From Amoebophrya sp. A120 (lineage: Eukaryota; Protista; Dinoflagellata), in NCBI GenBank assembly GCA_905178155.1, contig CAJINV010000005.1, forward strand, positions 8,959,222 through 9,023,221: DNA of 64,000 bases, written 5' to 3'. Below, one piece after another: positions 23,227-35,582 of the stretch. Each line of letters starts with the position of its first letter. Within the stretch, counting starts at the first letter, position 1. The notes under the pieces are model-generated. The model did not search any database. It saw only the letters and a list, made by a program, of their open reading frames with translations, and had not been told where the DNA came from. Both the position numbers and the translations under genes were made by a program.

Positions 23227-26200
23227 TCACTGAGGCATTAGATCAGGTGGCCGCTCGCCAAGGCCGGCTGCAGTAGGCCACAAACCGGCGGTGGACTGGG
23301 CATCACCAGTGGGCCGGCCAGACTCCCCACCGACTGCCACGCAAACGTTAGCAAACAGCTCCCCGAGCTTGGTGATCCGGATTTCCTCCTCCGGTTCCCC
23401 GAGCTTCATCGCCTCCTTTTGCTGCCCACTGTAGGGCAAAGGCCCCACGCTGCTGTAGCTCGGGCGCGACGCCAGAGCCTCGGAAGGCTTGGGGCAGGTA
23501 GGAAGCGCCGTTACATCAGTTTTACCGGGGGCGCGGAGCCGCCAATCCCAGAAGAGCAGCGGCGAAAAAACGGTCATCATGATTTCCTTCACTTGTTCGC
23601 CGCCCATTTTTTCCCCCTTGCGATGCCTGCCCAACTTGGAAACCCGACTCGCGAAAACGTCTCCAGAGACCATCGCGCCGCGTTCGTTGGCGAATTTGTT
23701 GTCGTTCTCCGAAATACCTCCGGATTTTCGAGGGAAAACATTTCGGTGAGGTAATGACATTTCAGCATTTCGCTTGCGGATGATTTCCGGGACGTCGAAG
23801 AGAACGGGCTCACGTTTGCGTTTCTTTCCTACCCTCTCCCGAGCATCGCCAAGGGTCTTCCAAATAAGCGGAGCTCCAATCATCTCCAGGCGTTGAGGAC
23901 AGCGGGGCTCCGGCGCCTCGGAGCCTAGAAAAAGTTTTTCTTCTAGAAAAAGTTTTTCTTCATAGCAGGCCTGAAACCACAAAGACCCAGAGTCGGTAGA
24001 AAAAACTTCAAAGATGGTAAAACTGAAGCTGAACAAGTCCATGAGCGGGTGGCGAGGCAGTTCGGAGGGGCGCAGGATTAGCTTTCCAGTGTCCATATAG
24101 GCCAGACTTCCTGTTGTCAACACTTTTTCGCGCAGCATCGGCGTGGTCATGAGCGGGTCATGTGGCAGTTCGGAGGCGAACAGGAACAGCTTTCCAGTGT
24201 CCATGTAGGCGGGACTTCCTGTTGCCGCCACGTTTTCGCGCAGCATCGGCGTGGTCGGCGTGGAAAACGGGCCAAAAAAGAACATCTCGCTGAACCCAAA
24301 GTCAGAAACCAAGGGCTGCGAAGCATACCCAGGGGCTGCGAACCGTCCCGGCAAGAGCAGCCCCAGGCTCCCCGGCCTCAAATTGCCATGCTCGATTCCC
24401 AAGGACTCGAAGCGCAAGAGGCACTGTCGCAGGTGTTTCACGAAAGCAGCTGGATCGAAGTCTGCGTTTTTGTGAATGAGCTCCTCGATGGAAGGGCGGT
24501 CTGAAAACGGCTGCAGGTATGCGGTAGAAAAGTCACCCCACCCCACCTTCGTCGAACAAATCTGCATGCTCAGATTGTGTCTCGCGTGCAGTCCTCCCAT
24601 GAGAAAACATTTAACTCTAAATGATGGACATCAAAGCCAATTTTTGGTAATGAAATTATTGCCCTCAGGGACGGTGGCCACGCCTGTGTTGTCACCTGTG
24701 TAGCACAGCCAAAGTCCCCATTCCCATTTTTACAAATCTTTGATGGGGAGGTGGGTGCGCTTTTACATAGGATATCACACTTTCCATCATCATGCTCACC
24801 ACCCCTTCCTCGTTCGCGAAGAAAAACTCCAGGTGCGGCACGCAGCGACTGATTGCCGCGCTAGCACCAGCTGCATCGGCCACTGGTGCAGCAGCGCTCC
24901 CTTCCCAAATGAAAACATCGCGCATGCCTTCTGTTTCAAAAAGCGTCAGCAAAGTGTGCACGAAGATTGCGGAGGCTGCATTTTCGACCTCTTGCTCGTT
25001 GCGCACAGGCTGGCTCTTCAGGGCGTAATGCCCGCCATCTTTCGAGTAGAAAGACACAGACACCCCAGCAGATCCCCCCGGGCTGGGGGAATCGGAGGAG
25101 CGGGCGTAGTCCTCGTTGAACTGCTGCAGCGTGGTCACCGGCTGCGCAGCGAGCTTCTCTCCCAGTTTTTCCAGGAAAGCGACCTTGCTCGCAACATCCT
25201 CTCCTTCTTCACCACGACCCGTCGCGCCGGCCTCGGCGCCGGCCGAGGTCCACCACGGAAACAGCTTCTCCCGTTCGACTTCGTTTTTAAGCATCTCGCT
25301 CAACTTCTTGAACTGCGCAGCAAGCTTGTCGCTCAGAAGCGTTCCCACAGAAGTCTCCACTGCCGCGCAAACTTCAGAAAACAGCTCCACAAGCTGTTTT
25401 TTCCGAAAGTTTTTGTGGTGGTCCGAGAGCTTCATCACCTCCACTTGCGGCTGCGTGTTGTAGGGCAAAGGCTGCACGCTGCTGTAGCTCGCAAGTGACT
25501 CCAGAGGCGCGAAAGCGTTGGGGCAGGCAGGAAGTTCCTTTTTGTCCGTTTCACCAGGGGCGCGGAGCCGCCAATCCCAGAAGAGCAGCGGAGAAAAAAC
25601 GGTCATCATGATTTCCTTCACTTGTTTTCTGTCCATTTTTGCCCCCGTGCCGTGCTTGCCCAATTTGGAAACCCGACTCGCGAAAACGTCTCCTGTGACC
25701 ATGGCACCCAGCTTGTTGGCGAATTCGTTGTCGTTCTGAGAAATCATATCGCTCCGGGACCAGAAATTTTGGCGTTGGATGATTTCCGGAACGAAGAAGA
25801 GTTGGGGCAAAAAAGGACCTTGCGTTCCCTTTTTAGCACGGACAATGGTGTCCCAAAGCTTCTGCTGACCTGCACAGTCGTGCCGCCGGTCCGGATTGCC
25901 GCCAACAGCTGCTCCACCATAGCAGCTCACAAAGAGTGCAGACTGAGAGTTGATAGAAAAAACTTCAAAGATGGTGAAGCTGAAGCTGAACAAGTCCATA
26001 AGCGGGTGGTGCGGCAGGGAGGATGGATGCAGGAACTGCTTTCCAGGGTCCACGTACCGCGAAGTTCCTGCACTCAGCACTTCCTTGCGCAAAAACGGCT
26101 TGATCGTCAGCGACGGCGTGTCAAAAAAGAAGATCTCGCTGCACCCAAAGTCAAAAACTAAGGGCTGCGAAGCGCCCACAAGGACTGGGCCTTGTCCCGG

Positions 26201-29200
26201 ATACCAGGTCTGCAATTTGAACGGCAGCCCCAGGCCCCCCGGCTTCAAATTGCCATGCTCGATTCCCAAGGACTCGAAGCGCAAGAGGCACTGTCGCAGG
26301 TGTTTCACGAAAGCAGCTGGATCGAAGTATGCGTTTTTGTGAATGAGCTCCTCGATGGAAGGGCGGTCTGAAAACGGCTGCAGGTATGCGGTAGAAAAGT
26401 CACCCCACTCCACCTTCGTCGAACAAATCTGCATGCCCAGATTGTGTCTCGCGGGCAGTCCTCCCATGAGAAAGCATTTAATTCTATATGATGGACATCA
26501 AAGCCAATTTTTGGTAAATGAAATTATTGCCCTCAGGGACGGTGGCCACGCTTGTGTTGTCAGCTGTGCAGCACAGCCAAAGTCTCCATTCCCATTTTTA
26601 CAAATCTTTAATGCGGAGGTGGGAACGCTTTTACATAGGATATCACGTCTTCCATCATCATGAACGCATACCCCCTTTCCAAGAGGAAGAACTTCAGGTG
26701 CGGGACGCAACGATTGATTGCCGCGCTTTGTCCCTGTCCCGCAACGGCGACAGCACCAGCTGTCCCGGCCACTGGTGCACGAGCGCTCCCTTCCCAAGTA
26801 AAAACGTCGCGCATGCCTTCTGTTTCAAAAAGCGTCAGCAGAGTGTGCACGAAAATTTCGGAGGCAACATTTTCGATCTCTTGCTCGTTGCGCACAAGCT
26901 GCTTCTTCTGGGCGTACTGTTCGCCATTTTTCGAGTAGAAAAACAACGTAGCGTGGGCGTCCAGGAAGACGTATTGTTCGCCAAACTGCTCAAGCGTCAT
27001 GAGCGGTGGCGCAGCGAGCTTCTCTCCCAGTTTTTTCAGGAACGCGAGCTTGCTCGCAACATCCTCCTCGCGTTTGCGATTCTCATCCTCTTCTTCCCCA
27101 CGACCCGTCGCGCCGGCCTCGGCGCCGGCCGAGGTCCACCACGGAAACAGCTTCTTCCGTTCGACTTCGTTTTCAAACATCTTGCTCAACTTCTTGAACT
27201 GCGCAGCAAGCTTGTCGTTCAGAAGCGTTTCCACAGAAGTTTCCACTGCCGCGCAAACTTCAGAGAACAGCTCCAGGAGATTTTCTTCCCGAAAGCTTTG
27301 CTCGTCTTTCGAGAGCGTCATCACCTCCTTTTGCTCCTCGCTGTAGGGCAAAGGCTGCACGCTGCTGTAGCTCGGCTTTGACTTGAGAGCCTCGGAAGCG
27401 TTGGGGCAGGCAGGAAGTTCCTTTTTGTCCGTTTCACCAGGGGCACGAAAACGCCAATCCGAAAAGAGCAGCGGAGAAAAAACGGTCATCATGATTTCCT
27501 TCACTTGGTTTCCGTCCATTTTTCTCCGCCCGTACTTGCCCAATTTGGAAACCCGACTCGCGAAAACGTCTCCTGTGACCATGGCACCGCGCTCGTTGGC
27601 GAATTTGTTCTTGTTGTCCCGCGACTCAGAATAATCTCCCAGAAACCCCGACCACAAATCTTGATTGCGGATGATTTCCGGGACGCGGAAGAGTTGAGGC
27701 GTCAGACGATCGTGCGTTCTCTTTCCGGCACGCTGAATGGTCTTCAAAAGCTGACGTGGACAGCCCGCCGGAGTGTTAGAAACAACTGCTCCATAGCAGT
27801 TCACAAAGCCCGCAGACCGAAGGGTGGTGGAAAAAACTGCAAAGGTGGCGAAGCTAAAGCTGAACAAGTCCATAAGCGGGTGGTGCGGCAGTTTGTTGGT
27901 GGACAGGATCATCTTTCTGAGGTCCATGTAGTGAGCAGCTCCTGCTCCCGACACTTCCTTGCGCAAGAACGGCTTGATCGTCAGCGACGGCGTGTCAAAA
28001 AAGAAGATCTCGCTGCACCCAAAGTCAAAAACCAAGGGCTGCGATGAAGCACCCAGAAAGACTGGGCTGCGATGTCCCGGATACAATTTGAATGGCAGCC
28101 CCATGTTCGCCGGCGTCAAATCGCCATGCTGGATTCCCAAGGACTCGAAGCGCAAGAGGCACTGTCGCAGGTGTTTCACGAACACAGCTGGGTCGAAATC
28201 ATCGTTGTTGGAAATGAGATTCGACATCAAGCCCTGGTCCTGTAAAAAAAACGGCTGCACGTATGCGGAGGCAAAGTCACCCCACCCCACCTTTGTCGGG
28301 CAAATCTGCATGCCCAGGATGTGTCTCGCGGACGGTCCCATGAGAAGCATTTATATAAATTCTAATGATGGACATCGAAGCCAGTCGCAGTCCCCATTCC
28401 CATTTTTACAAATCTATAAAGGGGGAGGTGGGTGCGCTTTTATATACGATATCACGATCTCCATCATCATGTACGCAAACCCCCCCTCCACGAAGAAAAA
28501 CTTCAGATGCGGCACGCAATGATAGACTGCCGCGCTTTGTCCTTGTCCCGCAACGGCAACAGCACCCGCTGCATCGGCCACTGGTGCAGCAGGGGTCCCT
28601 TCCCATGTGAAAACATCGCGCATTTTTGCTGTTTCAAAAAGCGTCAGCAAAGTGTGCACGAAAATTTCGGAGGCTGCATTTTCGATCTGCTTCTCGTTGC
28701 GGACAGGCTGGCGCTTCAGGGCGTACTGTTCGCCATTTTTCGAGTAGAAAAACACCTCCCCAATATCCCCTCTTATGGAAGTACCAGAATAGGTGTATTG
28801 TTCGTTGAACTGCTCAAGCGTCATGACCGGTGGCGCAGCGAGCTTCTCTCCCAGTTTTTTCAGGAACGCGAGCTTGCTCGCAACATCCTCCCCGCGTTTG
28901 CCATTCTCATCCTCTTCTTCACCACGACCCGTCGCGCCGGCCTCGGCGCCGGCCGAGGTCCACCACGGAAACAGCTTCTTCCGTTCGACTTCGTTTTCAA
29001 ACATCTTGCTCAACTTCTTGAACTGCGCAGCAAGCGTGTCGCTCAGAAGCGTTCTTGAACGCTTTCCCACGGAGCTTGTCTCCGCGACAGAGCGGTCGAC
29101 TGCCGCACAAACTTCAGCAAACAGCTCCAGGAGCTTTTTTTCCCGAAAGCTTTTTTCGTCTTCCGAGAGCTCCATCGCCTCCTTTTGCTCCTCGCTGTAG

Positions 29201-32200
29201 GGCAAGGGCTGCACGCTGTTGTAGCTCGGCTTTGACTTGAGAGCCTCGGAAGCGTTGGGACAGGTGGGAAGCTCCGTTTCGTCCGTTTCACCAGGGGCAT
29301 AAAAACGCCACTCCCCGAAGAGCAGGGGCGAAAAAACGGTCATCATGATTTCCTTCACTTGGTTTCGGCGGTCCACCTTTTGTTCCGCCGTCGTGCCGTA
29401 CTTGACCAACTCGGCAACCCGCCTTGCGAAAACGTCTCCAGAGTAGACCATAGCGCCGTTGGCGAATTTGTTGTTGTCGTCGTTCTCAGCAATCGACCGC
29501 ATGATTTGCGGGACGTCAAAGAGAGCGGGGGACTCACCGCGTCTTACCTTCTGCAAATTACGGGCAATCGTGTCGCGAAGGTGAGCGTGCGCAGACTCAG
29601 AGTTGGTAGAAAAAACATGAAAGATGGTATAACTGAAGCTCGGCAAGTCAATGAGCGGGTGGGCCGAAGATGGTTCCTCAACAAGTCCATGAGCGGATTC
29701 CTCTTTGTGCAAGATCGGCTTGATCATGATGATATCAGGGTGCGTGTCAAAATCAAAAAAGAAGATCTCGCTCAACCCAAAGTCAAACACCAAGGGCTGC
29801 GAAGCATACCCAGGCGGGACTCCCCAGTCATTGCGTTGCACCAAGGGCACCCCCAGGCTCATCGGCGTCAACTTGGCATACTGGATTCCCAAGGACTCGA
29901 AGCGCAAGAGGCACTGTCGCAGGTGTTTCACGAACACAGCTGGGTCGAAGTCCTCGTTGTTGTGAATGTGCGCTTGGCCGAGCCACCCACCGTCTTCATC
30001 AAGTGGCGTCAGGTATCCAAATAAAAACTTCCCGCCCCCCGCCCCATATTTGAACGTGGCCGCAGATGGCACGCACAGGGGAGGTAGGTCTGGCGATCGC
30101 CATTTTTGTCATGCAAATCTGCATGCGCCGAATGAAAATGAATGCGTCTCGTGAGAAAAACGATCAGAAGCAGGAGTTTCGTTTACGTTTATTGGGTGCT
30201 ACAAATAGATGATCCCTCAGGACCGCAACTACAAGTTCGATTTCTGGCCAGCACGAGGATTCTCACGACAACCCCGTATCCCCGACGTGTAGTCATGCGC
30301 AACAATTCGCATGCTAGCAGTGTCCCCTTTCTGACCTTGCCTATGGGGAAGCGGGAAAACGCGGCTTTTAGATAGGATATTACGCGTTCCATCATTATGC
30401 AAATTTCACGACCCTGCACGAGGAAAAACTCCAGGTGCGGCACGCAGTGCGTGAGCGTGCTTGTCGTGACATCCATGTCGTGGAACACATCTTGCATGTT
30501 GCTTTTTTCGAAAAACGTCAGCAGCATGTGCACGAAAATTTCGGAGGAAATGTCATCGATCCTTTCCTTCTGCTCTGCAGGCGTACTGGCATCGACGCTT
30601 TGGCACTTCATGGCGTACTGTGACTTTCCATTGAACGAGTACCTCGCCACCGTATGATAACTACCCCCTCGTCTTCCAGAATGGCCTTTGTCTTTCTCCC
30701 ACCCAGGAGGTAGCTCGTACTTAACACCAAAGGTCTCCGGGTACAGGATATCAAGAAGAAAAATCCCCCCTCCCCATATCGAACCGGAAATTTGTGCACA
30801 AATTTGCGGTCACAAGTCAGCTTTGTCATGCTAGAAGGGAAAAATGAGGACTCTAGCATTGGGCTGCGTGGGAAAGCCGCTGCATCTTCAGCATGACAGG
30901 AAGCAGCTGGAAGTGGGACACAGCATTACAAATTGCCCGCAAACGAGGCCACAAGTGCGGCTCTTGGCCTTCTAGCAATACAAGTCGACTTGCGTACTCA
31001 AATGCAGCGTCACAAATTTCGTTTTCGATATGGGGAGGGGGTTTTTTCCTTTTGCTACAGGACGTCCAGAAATTCCAGGACTTTCTTCTTAGGGGTACTG
31101 GTCCACCACGGAAACAGTATCAAAAGGAAATATCCCACCTCCCCATACCAAAACGAAATTTCTGATGCTGGATTTGCGTAGACAAATCAGATTTGTTTTG
31201 CAGAAAGTGCTTGGCAGCATTTTCTAATCCTGTTTGGGTATGCAGAAGGCTAGCAATTACGCAGGGCAAACAGCTCTGCAGTAGTCGAAAGCGCATGACA
31301 GACTGGCTGTGAAATGCGCCAAATGGCTCCCATTACCCTATAGGCAAGACACAGGCGATCTGTGGCCACAAATCAGCATCACAAATTTCCATTTTGATAC
31401 GGGGACGGGGGATTTTCTCTTACGATAAACAGCTTCTGGTCGTCTTCACACATTTTTCGCAACTCAGCCCAATGCTGAACAAGGTTGCTTTCTAGCGCGC
31501 GTCCAACAGCCCTCGGATCGTCAAAATTCGGCACCATTTCCGCAACCTGCACCATTGAGGTGGAAAATTCGGGAAGAAATCCGAATCCGCCGTCTCCGAA
31601 CGAGACGACCGCACCGTTCGGCCCCTCAACTTCTATCCCGTATGAAAACGTCCCCAAAATCCCTGAGCTGTATTGCAAAAAATCTCCGTTCCCAAAATAT
31701 TTCTCATGCGGAGACCCATGAGAAGCATTTTCTTCTAATGGTGTTTTGATACTTGTGATGCTCAAACCAGCATGATAGGCGAGATCTGTAATTCTGCTGC
31801 AGCACTAGCTAAAGACGACTACTCCGCGAGCCCAAATTTGTCATGCGCAACCCTCAAAGCTTGTTGATTTTTCTAGCAGGTATTACAATTTCTCATCTTG
31901 ACTCTATTGGGTGGAGACGTTTTTACGCAGGATAACTTCCGCGTCGGTCCCAATCGCCGTGGTGTCGTTGCGCGGACCAAGGAACTTTATCGTAATGAAA
32001 AATCCCCCCTCCCCATATCGACAAGAAAATTTGTGATGCTGATTTGTGACCACAAGTCAGCTTTGTCTTGCGTACAAGGCAAACGGCACCGTCCATGTGG
32101 CGCATTTTACAGCGAGTCTGTCATGCATTTTCGCCTATGTCCGATTTGTATCTGATGCTCAGCTGCTAGCCGGATGCGTACCCAAATGGGCTTAGAATAA

Positions 32201-32382
32201 GCCGACAAGCTCTTGCTGCAATACAAAGCTCATTTGATGTGTACACAAATCCAGCAACACAAATTGTCTCTTGGATACGAGGTGGGGGCTTTTTTCGCTT
32301 TGATAAACTTCCGCTCGACAGCTTCGATAGCAGCGGGCGCGCCAATTGCATCCTGTGGAAAAAAACGCACAACCCGCTGCAT
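23227..32382 (-). CDS. Large protein with four tandem protein-kinase-like domains, 9 exons, ~2268 aa
   Basis: Removing 8 introners plus TSDs gives an open 6807-nt frame joining ORFs 32230, 31379, 30189, 28414, 26608, 24692 and 23227. Each repeat has YAxK, SEIFVH-like, H(G/A)xL(K/R/T)P-like, DFG and D(L)FSF motifs. The start codon is tentative. Confidence 0.8.
24518..24774. mobile_element. Old family-B-like introner, kinase repeat 4
   Basis: TATGCGGTAGAAAAGTCACCCCACCCC / GGTGGGTGCGCTTTTACATAGGATA; decayed TSD; removal of 262 nt is in frame. Confidence 0.8.
26385..26642. mobile_element. Old family-B-like introner, kinase repeat 3
   Basis: Paralogue of the 24518 copy; removal of 263 nt is in frame. 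Confidence 0.8.
28262..28451. mobile_element. Old family-B-like introner, kinase repeat 2, internally deleted
   Basis: TSD GCACG/TCACG; removal of 195 nt is in frame. Confidence 0.8.
30014..30379. mobile_element. Old family-B-like introner, kinase repeat 1
   Basis: Same codon position (after MMExV); removal of 371 nt is in frame. Confidence 0.7.
30749..31057. mobile_element. Introner, family C
   Basis: TSD CAGGA. Confidence 0.9.
31118..31427. mobile_element. Introner, family C
   Basis: TSD AACAG; empty paralogous sites lie in the downstream repeats. Confidence 0.92.
31634..31934. mobile_element. Introner, family B
   Basis: TSD ACTTC. Confidence 0.9.
31988..32305. mobile_element. Introner, family C
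   Basis: TSD AACTT. Confidence 0.9.
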
Positions 32383-34251
32383 TCTGAATGACGTACAAAT
32401 CCAGAACTTATTTTGGAACTCTTCATGCGCGCCAAGGGTCACAACGTCAGGTCGTGCCTGGCCTGCACAGCCTGAGGACTCACTCTCGTGATGTCCTGAA
32501 CCTGATATACTCACCTCTAGTGCATGAGAAATTTTCTCCAAACACACCTCGCACTAAATGCTTTCAACTATGGTGACCTGCTGCATAAGAGCAAAAGCAA
32601 ATAACATTTTTTCTGCGCATGGAGAATAAAATACGCATGACGACTCCGGGCGCTAGTGCAGCCTTTTTACTCAGGATAACCAACAAGCAGCAGACAGGAA
32701 GCTGCCTTCCCTGCCCGAGCAGACGACATGGTCAGGAAGGGTAAAAACGCCGGCCCCGGTCCTGTGGTACCAACAAGTTGTGCTGCGCGCCGGTTGGGCT
32801 GTAGAAAAGGTAGATTGGTGTATTTGATATTCATGGCATTCGTAGTTGGAATGATCGTCGTCCCCCATCATTTCCATATTACCCAACAACACCACCCCTG
32901 GCAGCTCACAAACTACTACTCGTTGTCGTTCTCATCATAATCATTACTAGCATGATCATGATGATGATGATGAAAACTGCCGTAAATAATTCTATACCGA
33001 GTTGTTGCACTCCTTTCGTTTGACCGAATAAGAGGTCCTCCAAGGTAGAGGTTCCACACCGCAACTACCACCCGTTGTGACCAGAAAATTGTAGTGTCCC
33101 GCTGCCTGCAACTTTGATCTCGTTCTGAATTCCCCCCGGCGGGACCGACCAAGAGTTCTTTCCCCGCAAAAGTTGAAGTTCGCGATTGCAACCTGCAATA
33201 TAGTGCGGCTCTTGAGCTAATATTCAATCGTGTTTATTTTATCTCGCTGTAGTGACGTGGGGTGCTTCGAATTCCGATTCCCAAACTAAAAAGTGCTCGC
33301 CCTCTTCGTATAATTTTCAGCATCAAGTGAGTATGAAAACCGCCCACAGCTCGTCGAATATGACATCAAGTGAATAATATAACAACGTACTTACCGAAAT
33401 CCGTCCGCAGCTCGTCGAAAGATCGGATGGCTTGCGCGGACTGGGTCGTCCTTTTTTCTCCTCCAAATTTTCTGTCAGTCACAAGCTCGAGAAAGATGGA
33501 CTCCGACCGTTTAGGTTTGCGTTTAGGTTTAAGTACTGAAAGAATTACCAGTAAATCAGAGAAAATAAACTCGAGGGCGGCAAGTAAGATGTTGAAGCAG
33601 TACTATGCAAGAAGGCAATTGTCCTTCTCGACGTCGTGGTGTATGCTTTATTTTTAACAAGAAGTAAAAGTCAAAGTGTCAGTTTGGTAAAAATTGGAAA
33701 ACAGGTTGTGAAGTGGGGAAACTACAACCGGCGAGGATGATAAACATCCATCGAAAGGTAGTTCCTGTTTTATTGATGCGAGCAGGGTGACGAGCAACGG
33801 GCGTTTACTCTTCGAATAAAATGATCGTAAACGTGAATGAAGCAAAAAGCAAAACTTTCGCACAGGTCCGAAAAGCAGCAGGAAAGCTCTACTACCGAGG
33901 AGGGAAGGTGCAGTTATCCTCAACGCTACGCTTTTGCCAGCCGATGCGATGTTGCGCAAGCTTACTTTTTGACGTCACGGGCGAACATTTAAACGAGCAA
34001 ACCGATAGCTGCACCGCGAGCAAACAATGTACGATGTAATAAACACACTATCCGAACGAAAAACCGAAGGAGAGGTTGCAACAACAGCAACCTTTTTTCA
34101 TAAGGAGACCGACAGCGAGAGGTTCCGTCAAGGCTCAATCAGTCTCTGTCCGAAGAGATTGTAATAAAAACCGAAGACACATTCGAGGGATAGAAATGAC
34201 TATAAGAAAAATTTACTACTAATAACCGACATTGTGATGTCTCTTTACCAG

Positions 34252-35439
34252 ACTACAACTATCTATAATACTATTGGAAAAATTCTGGCGGGCGGGGGGG
34301 TGCAAGCTACTAGTAGGAATCCTACTAGTGGAAAGCTGCTAGTAGAAAAACAGCTACTAGTAGAAATCCTGCTAGTGTTTTTAGCGTGACAAAAAAGCGC
34401 GAGAGGTACTAGTGACAGGCGCCACTAGTGAAGGCACTCACTAGTGGAGCCACTAGTGACAAAAAAACCGATTTTGGGGAAAGCGGAAACACTAGTGAGA
34501 AACACTAGTGAGAAAAACTGCCAAATTGGGAAACTCGCTGGGAGGGGCCGAGGCGCCCGCTGCCCCGCCCCCAGGTGGCCTTCGGACCTGCCTGCCGTGG
34601 TCCGGGCCCTTGGCCTTGGCTTAGATGCCTGGCGGTTCGCGTTTGGCTGCCCACGGCTGAAGTCGCTCTGCTTTGTGGCGCCCCGTCCCCTTCCACTTCT
34701 GTTGCGAGCGATTTGGCGCAAGTTTGCGCCTTCTCTGCCGCCTGTTGCTCTGCAGGCCGGGCTTGGTCCTGTGCGCACTGCCGACCAAGGGGGCTCTTCG
34801 GGCGCGCCGGGGGAGCCTGATTTTGCTTTGTTTCCTTGCTTTGGGTTTCCGAGCGTGTTTTCGGTTTCTTTGCGGCCCGCCTCCTTCTCCTTTCGCTTCC
34901 AACGCTTCCGCGTTGCCTCGTCCTCGGCAATAGGTGGGCCTTCGCTTTGGCCTGCTTGCTCTTTTTTTTTGATCTGTCTGGCTTCTAGCAAGAGCCAAAT
35001 CCAGCGCCCCCCCTGCCTTTCCATCGCAGCCCTCCTTGCCTGTTGTGCTTTATTTTTGCTTGGTGCTCGCCGGGTTTCTTGTCTTTCGGCCGTCGGCGCG
35101 CTCTTTTCGTTCTGCTTCGTGTGGCTAGCCCCCCGAGCCTTCGCAAAGGGTCTGCGCTCGCTCTTCGCCGGACGTGTTTCTGGAGGCTTGGACAGCGGCT
35201 GCGCTCTGTGCCCCCTACTGCCCCTCGCGCCTAGCGGCCTTGACTCTACCTACGCTTCTTTCGCTCCCACCAAGGGAGGAGGGGCGGGAGAGCTGCCGTT
35301 TCTCTTTTTCGCTTCTCGCGCCAACAAAGTTTCAGCATCTAGGGATGGTCACTGGCCGCGGCCACGCTCTTTTCCCCTCGCCCCCCTTGCGCCCCCTCGT
35401 CGCCGGGCCGGCGGGCGCGGAGCGACCGCCCGTTCTAGA
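34252..35439. mobile_element. 1188-bp GC-rich non-coding insertion flanked by a 32-bp direct repeat
   Basis: TAATAACCGACATTGTGATGTCTCTTTACCAG at 34220-34251 and 35440-35471; ACTAGT cluster at ~34309-34510. Confidence 0.75.
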
Positions 35440-35582
35440 TAATAACCGACATTGTGATGTCTCTTTACCAGCGGTACAACGTGTGGTAGACTTTCTTAAT
35501 ACGAAGAAAATCAAAGCCGGATGGCAAGCGTTTACTCACCGACCTGTTTATTTCAGCTTCCAGCCACAGAAACTTAAACCCA

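Noticed and set aside
34425-35442. 332-aa and 199-aa ORFs in the GC-rich insertion
   Set aside because: Compositional ORFs open in several frames, with no recognisable motifs.
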